Assembly (NCBI GenBank): GCA_045590315.1
Contig: JAZNQU010000025.1
Span: forward strand, 1 to 46,464
Direction: 5' to 3'
DNA: 46,464 nt
From: Eubacteriales bacterium
GTDB lineage: Bacteria > Bacillota > Clostridia > Oscillospirales > CAG-272
In this document: piece after piece, positions 45,325-46,464 of the stretch
Layout: each line of letters begins with the position of its first letter
Numbering within the stretch: position 1 is the first letter of the stretch
Translations under genes and position numbers: made by a program
Notes under the pieces: generated by a model
Database searches by the model: none
The model's input: the letters and a program-made list of their open reading frames with translations, nothing else
What the model was told of the DNA's origin: nothing

Positions 45325-46464
45325 ATGCCGGTAAATCAGGTAAAATATAAAATCAGTACGCTTTCCAAGGAGCTTGAGATCAAAAGCAAGGAGCTTCTTG
45401 AGGTTATAGCAAAAGCAGGATTGTCGGGAAAGACCCAGTCGGGAAGTCTTGACGAAACTGAATTCAACATGGTCTTTGAGGAACTCACCTTGTCTCATCA
45501 AATAGACAGCATTGATGCTTATATGAACAAGGAGATTATCATAGAGGCGCCTGCAAGACCCGAACCTGTAAAAGAGGAGCCCAAGGCTTTTGAAAAGGCA
45601 CCCGAAAAGAAAGAACCTGTCCCTGAAAAGAAGCCTCAGGCGCAGGTCTCCAAGCCTAAGACAAAGGAAGCCCCTATGTCCAAGCTTGAAAAATTTGAAA
45701 AATTCCGTCAGGGTGCTGCAGCTCAGATGCAAAAGAGCGAAAAGAAGCCGGAGCAGCGCCGCGAAAACAGAGATACACGTCAGACAATAAAGCCCACAAC
45801 AGGCGCAAAGGGCGGCGTAAGCTTTACGGACGACTCGGCAGTTAAGTCGGGCAAGGGAAGCCAGAGAATAGTAGATACAAGAACGTCGACTGTCGACCTT
45901 TCCAAATACGACGAGCGTCTTGAACGCTTTGTTGATCACAGCAAAAAGAACTACGATCCCGAAAAGCAGAAGATAAAGAACAAGGGACGTGACAGCTTCT
46001 CGCGAGACAGAGAAAAGGAAAAAGAACGCCTTGCAATGGAAAAGCTTAAAAAGCTTAACTTTGAAAAGGCAAAGAAGCAGCAGCTTACAGTTCACATTCC
46101 CGATGAGATAAGCGTAAGTGAGCTTGCAGTAAGACTCAAGGTGACGGCGGCAGAAGTAGTAAAGAGACTTATGATGCTCGGCGTTGTGGCTAATGTTAAT
46201 ATGATTATCGACTATGATACCGCATATCTTGTTGCTGATGAGCTCGGCGCAAAGGTTGAAAAGGAAGTAGTTGTAACTATCGAAGAAAAGCTCTTCGACG
46301 AAACAGAGGATAATCCCGAAAACCTCGTGCAGAGAAGCCCTGTAGTCGTAGTTATGGGTCACGTTGACCACGGTAAGACATCTATACTTGACGCTATCCG
46401 CCATACTAATGTTACAACAGGTGAAGCCGGCGGTATCACACAGCATATCGGTGCTTACAGAGTT
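45325..46464 (+). CDS. infB: translation initiation factor IF-2 (5' part; runs off the window end)
   Basis: Not in the ORF track because it has no stop in the window. Translating from the ATG at 45325 by hand gives [27 protein letters not shown] ..., a charged Lys/Glu linker, then [27 protein letters not shown]...[12 protein letters not shown] (G1 and G2/G3 motifs). Confidence 0.93.
   Translation, partial: MPVNQVKYKISTLSKELEIKSKELLEVIAKAGLSGKTQSGSLDETEFNMVFEELTLSHQIDSIDAYMNKEIIIEAPARPEPVKEEPKAFEKAPEKKEPVPEKKPQAQVSKPKTKEAPMSKLEKFEKFRQGAAAQMQKSEKKPEQRRENRDTRQTIKPTTGAKGGVSFTDDSAVKSGKGSQRIVDTRTSTVDLSKYDERLERFVDHSKKNYDPEKQKIKNKGRDSFSRDREKEKERLAMEKLKKLNFEKAKKQQLTVHIPDEISVSELAVRLKVTAAEVVKRLMMLGVVANVNMIIDYDTAYLVADELGAKVEKEVVVTIEEKLFDETEDNPENLVQRSPVVVVMGHVDHGKTSILDAIRHTNVTTGEAGGITQHIGAYRV

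Noticed and set aside
45301-46446. 381-aa ORF on the minus strand
   Set aside because: It is entirely antisense to the unmistakable IF-2 reading frame (45325 onward, G-domain motifs present). Its composition is Leu/Phe/Cys/Arg-rich and low-complexity, typical of the mirror frame of a Lys/Glu-rich gene. It has no RBS.

Overview
This looks like a chromosomal core segment of a Gram-positive anaerobe of the Clostridia type. The taxonomic hints are an SLH-anchored surface protein, DnaD/DnaI-type helicase loaders, and the tig-clpP-clpX and rimP-nusA-ylxR-ylxQ-infB gene strings. I call 44 densely packed CDS and 2 tRNAs.

Layout, left to right:
- Minus-strand run (97-8407): pseudouridine synthase, DUF3810 protein, a NodB-like protein, then a WalR/WalK-like two-component pair followed by two YycH/YycI-like membrane proteins.
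- Plus-strand housekeeping string (8638-15449): galU, dCMP deaminase, YwlE-like phosphatase, rimI, tsaD, rex, dnaD-like, dnaI-like, HAD hydrolase.
- Convergent AlaX-type editing protein (15481-16656).
- ECF sigma, a short anti-sigma candidate and an SLH surface protein (16820-20351).
- tRNA-Arg/tRNA-His operon on the minus strand (20631-20788).
- pepD, secA, rbgA, rnhB, yraN, an M19 dipeptidase, thrC, a metallophosphoesterase, tig, clpP and clpX (21051-34507).
- A sugar (probably maltodextrin) ABC transporter with malQ and an alpha-glucan phosphorylase (34620-42841).
- rimP-nusA-ylxR-ylxQ-infB, with infB truncated by the window end.

I found no CRISPR array, transposase, integrase, phage gene, restriction or other defence gene, and no toxin-antitoxin pair. 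I therefore cannot support a novel protein-encoded system here.

What the annotation does not explain is non-coding or domain-level:
1. A ~210-nt array of TGAAAT heptamers and GAA-triloop mini-hairpins, bracketed by two identical 34-nt palindromic terminators next to the tRNA operon.
2. A ~130-nt multi-hairpin element with a possible 19-codon sORF, lying between the pepD stop codon and its terminator.
3. A 97-aa Lys/Ala/Thr-rich repeat tail on trigger factor.
4. A leader terminator upstream of rimP-nusA.
5. A CIRCE-like inverted repeat over the tig -35 element.

All functional calls come from reading motifs by eye. No database search was run.
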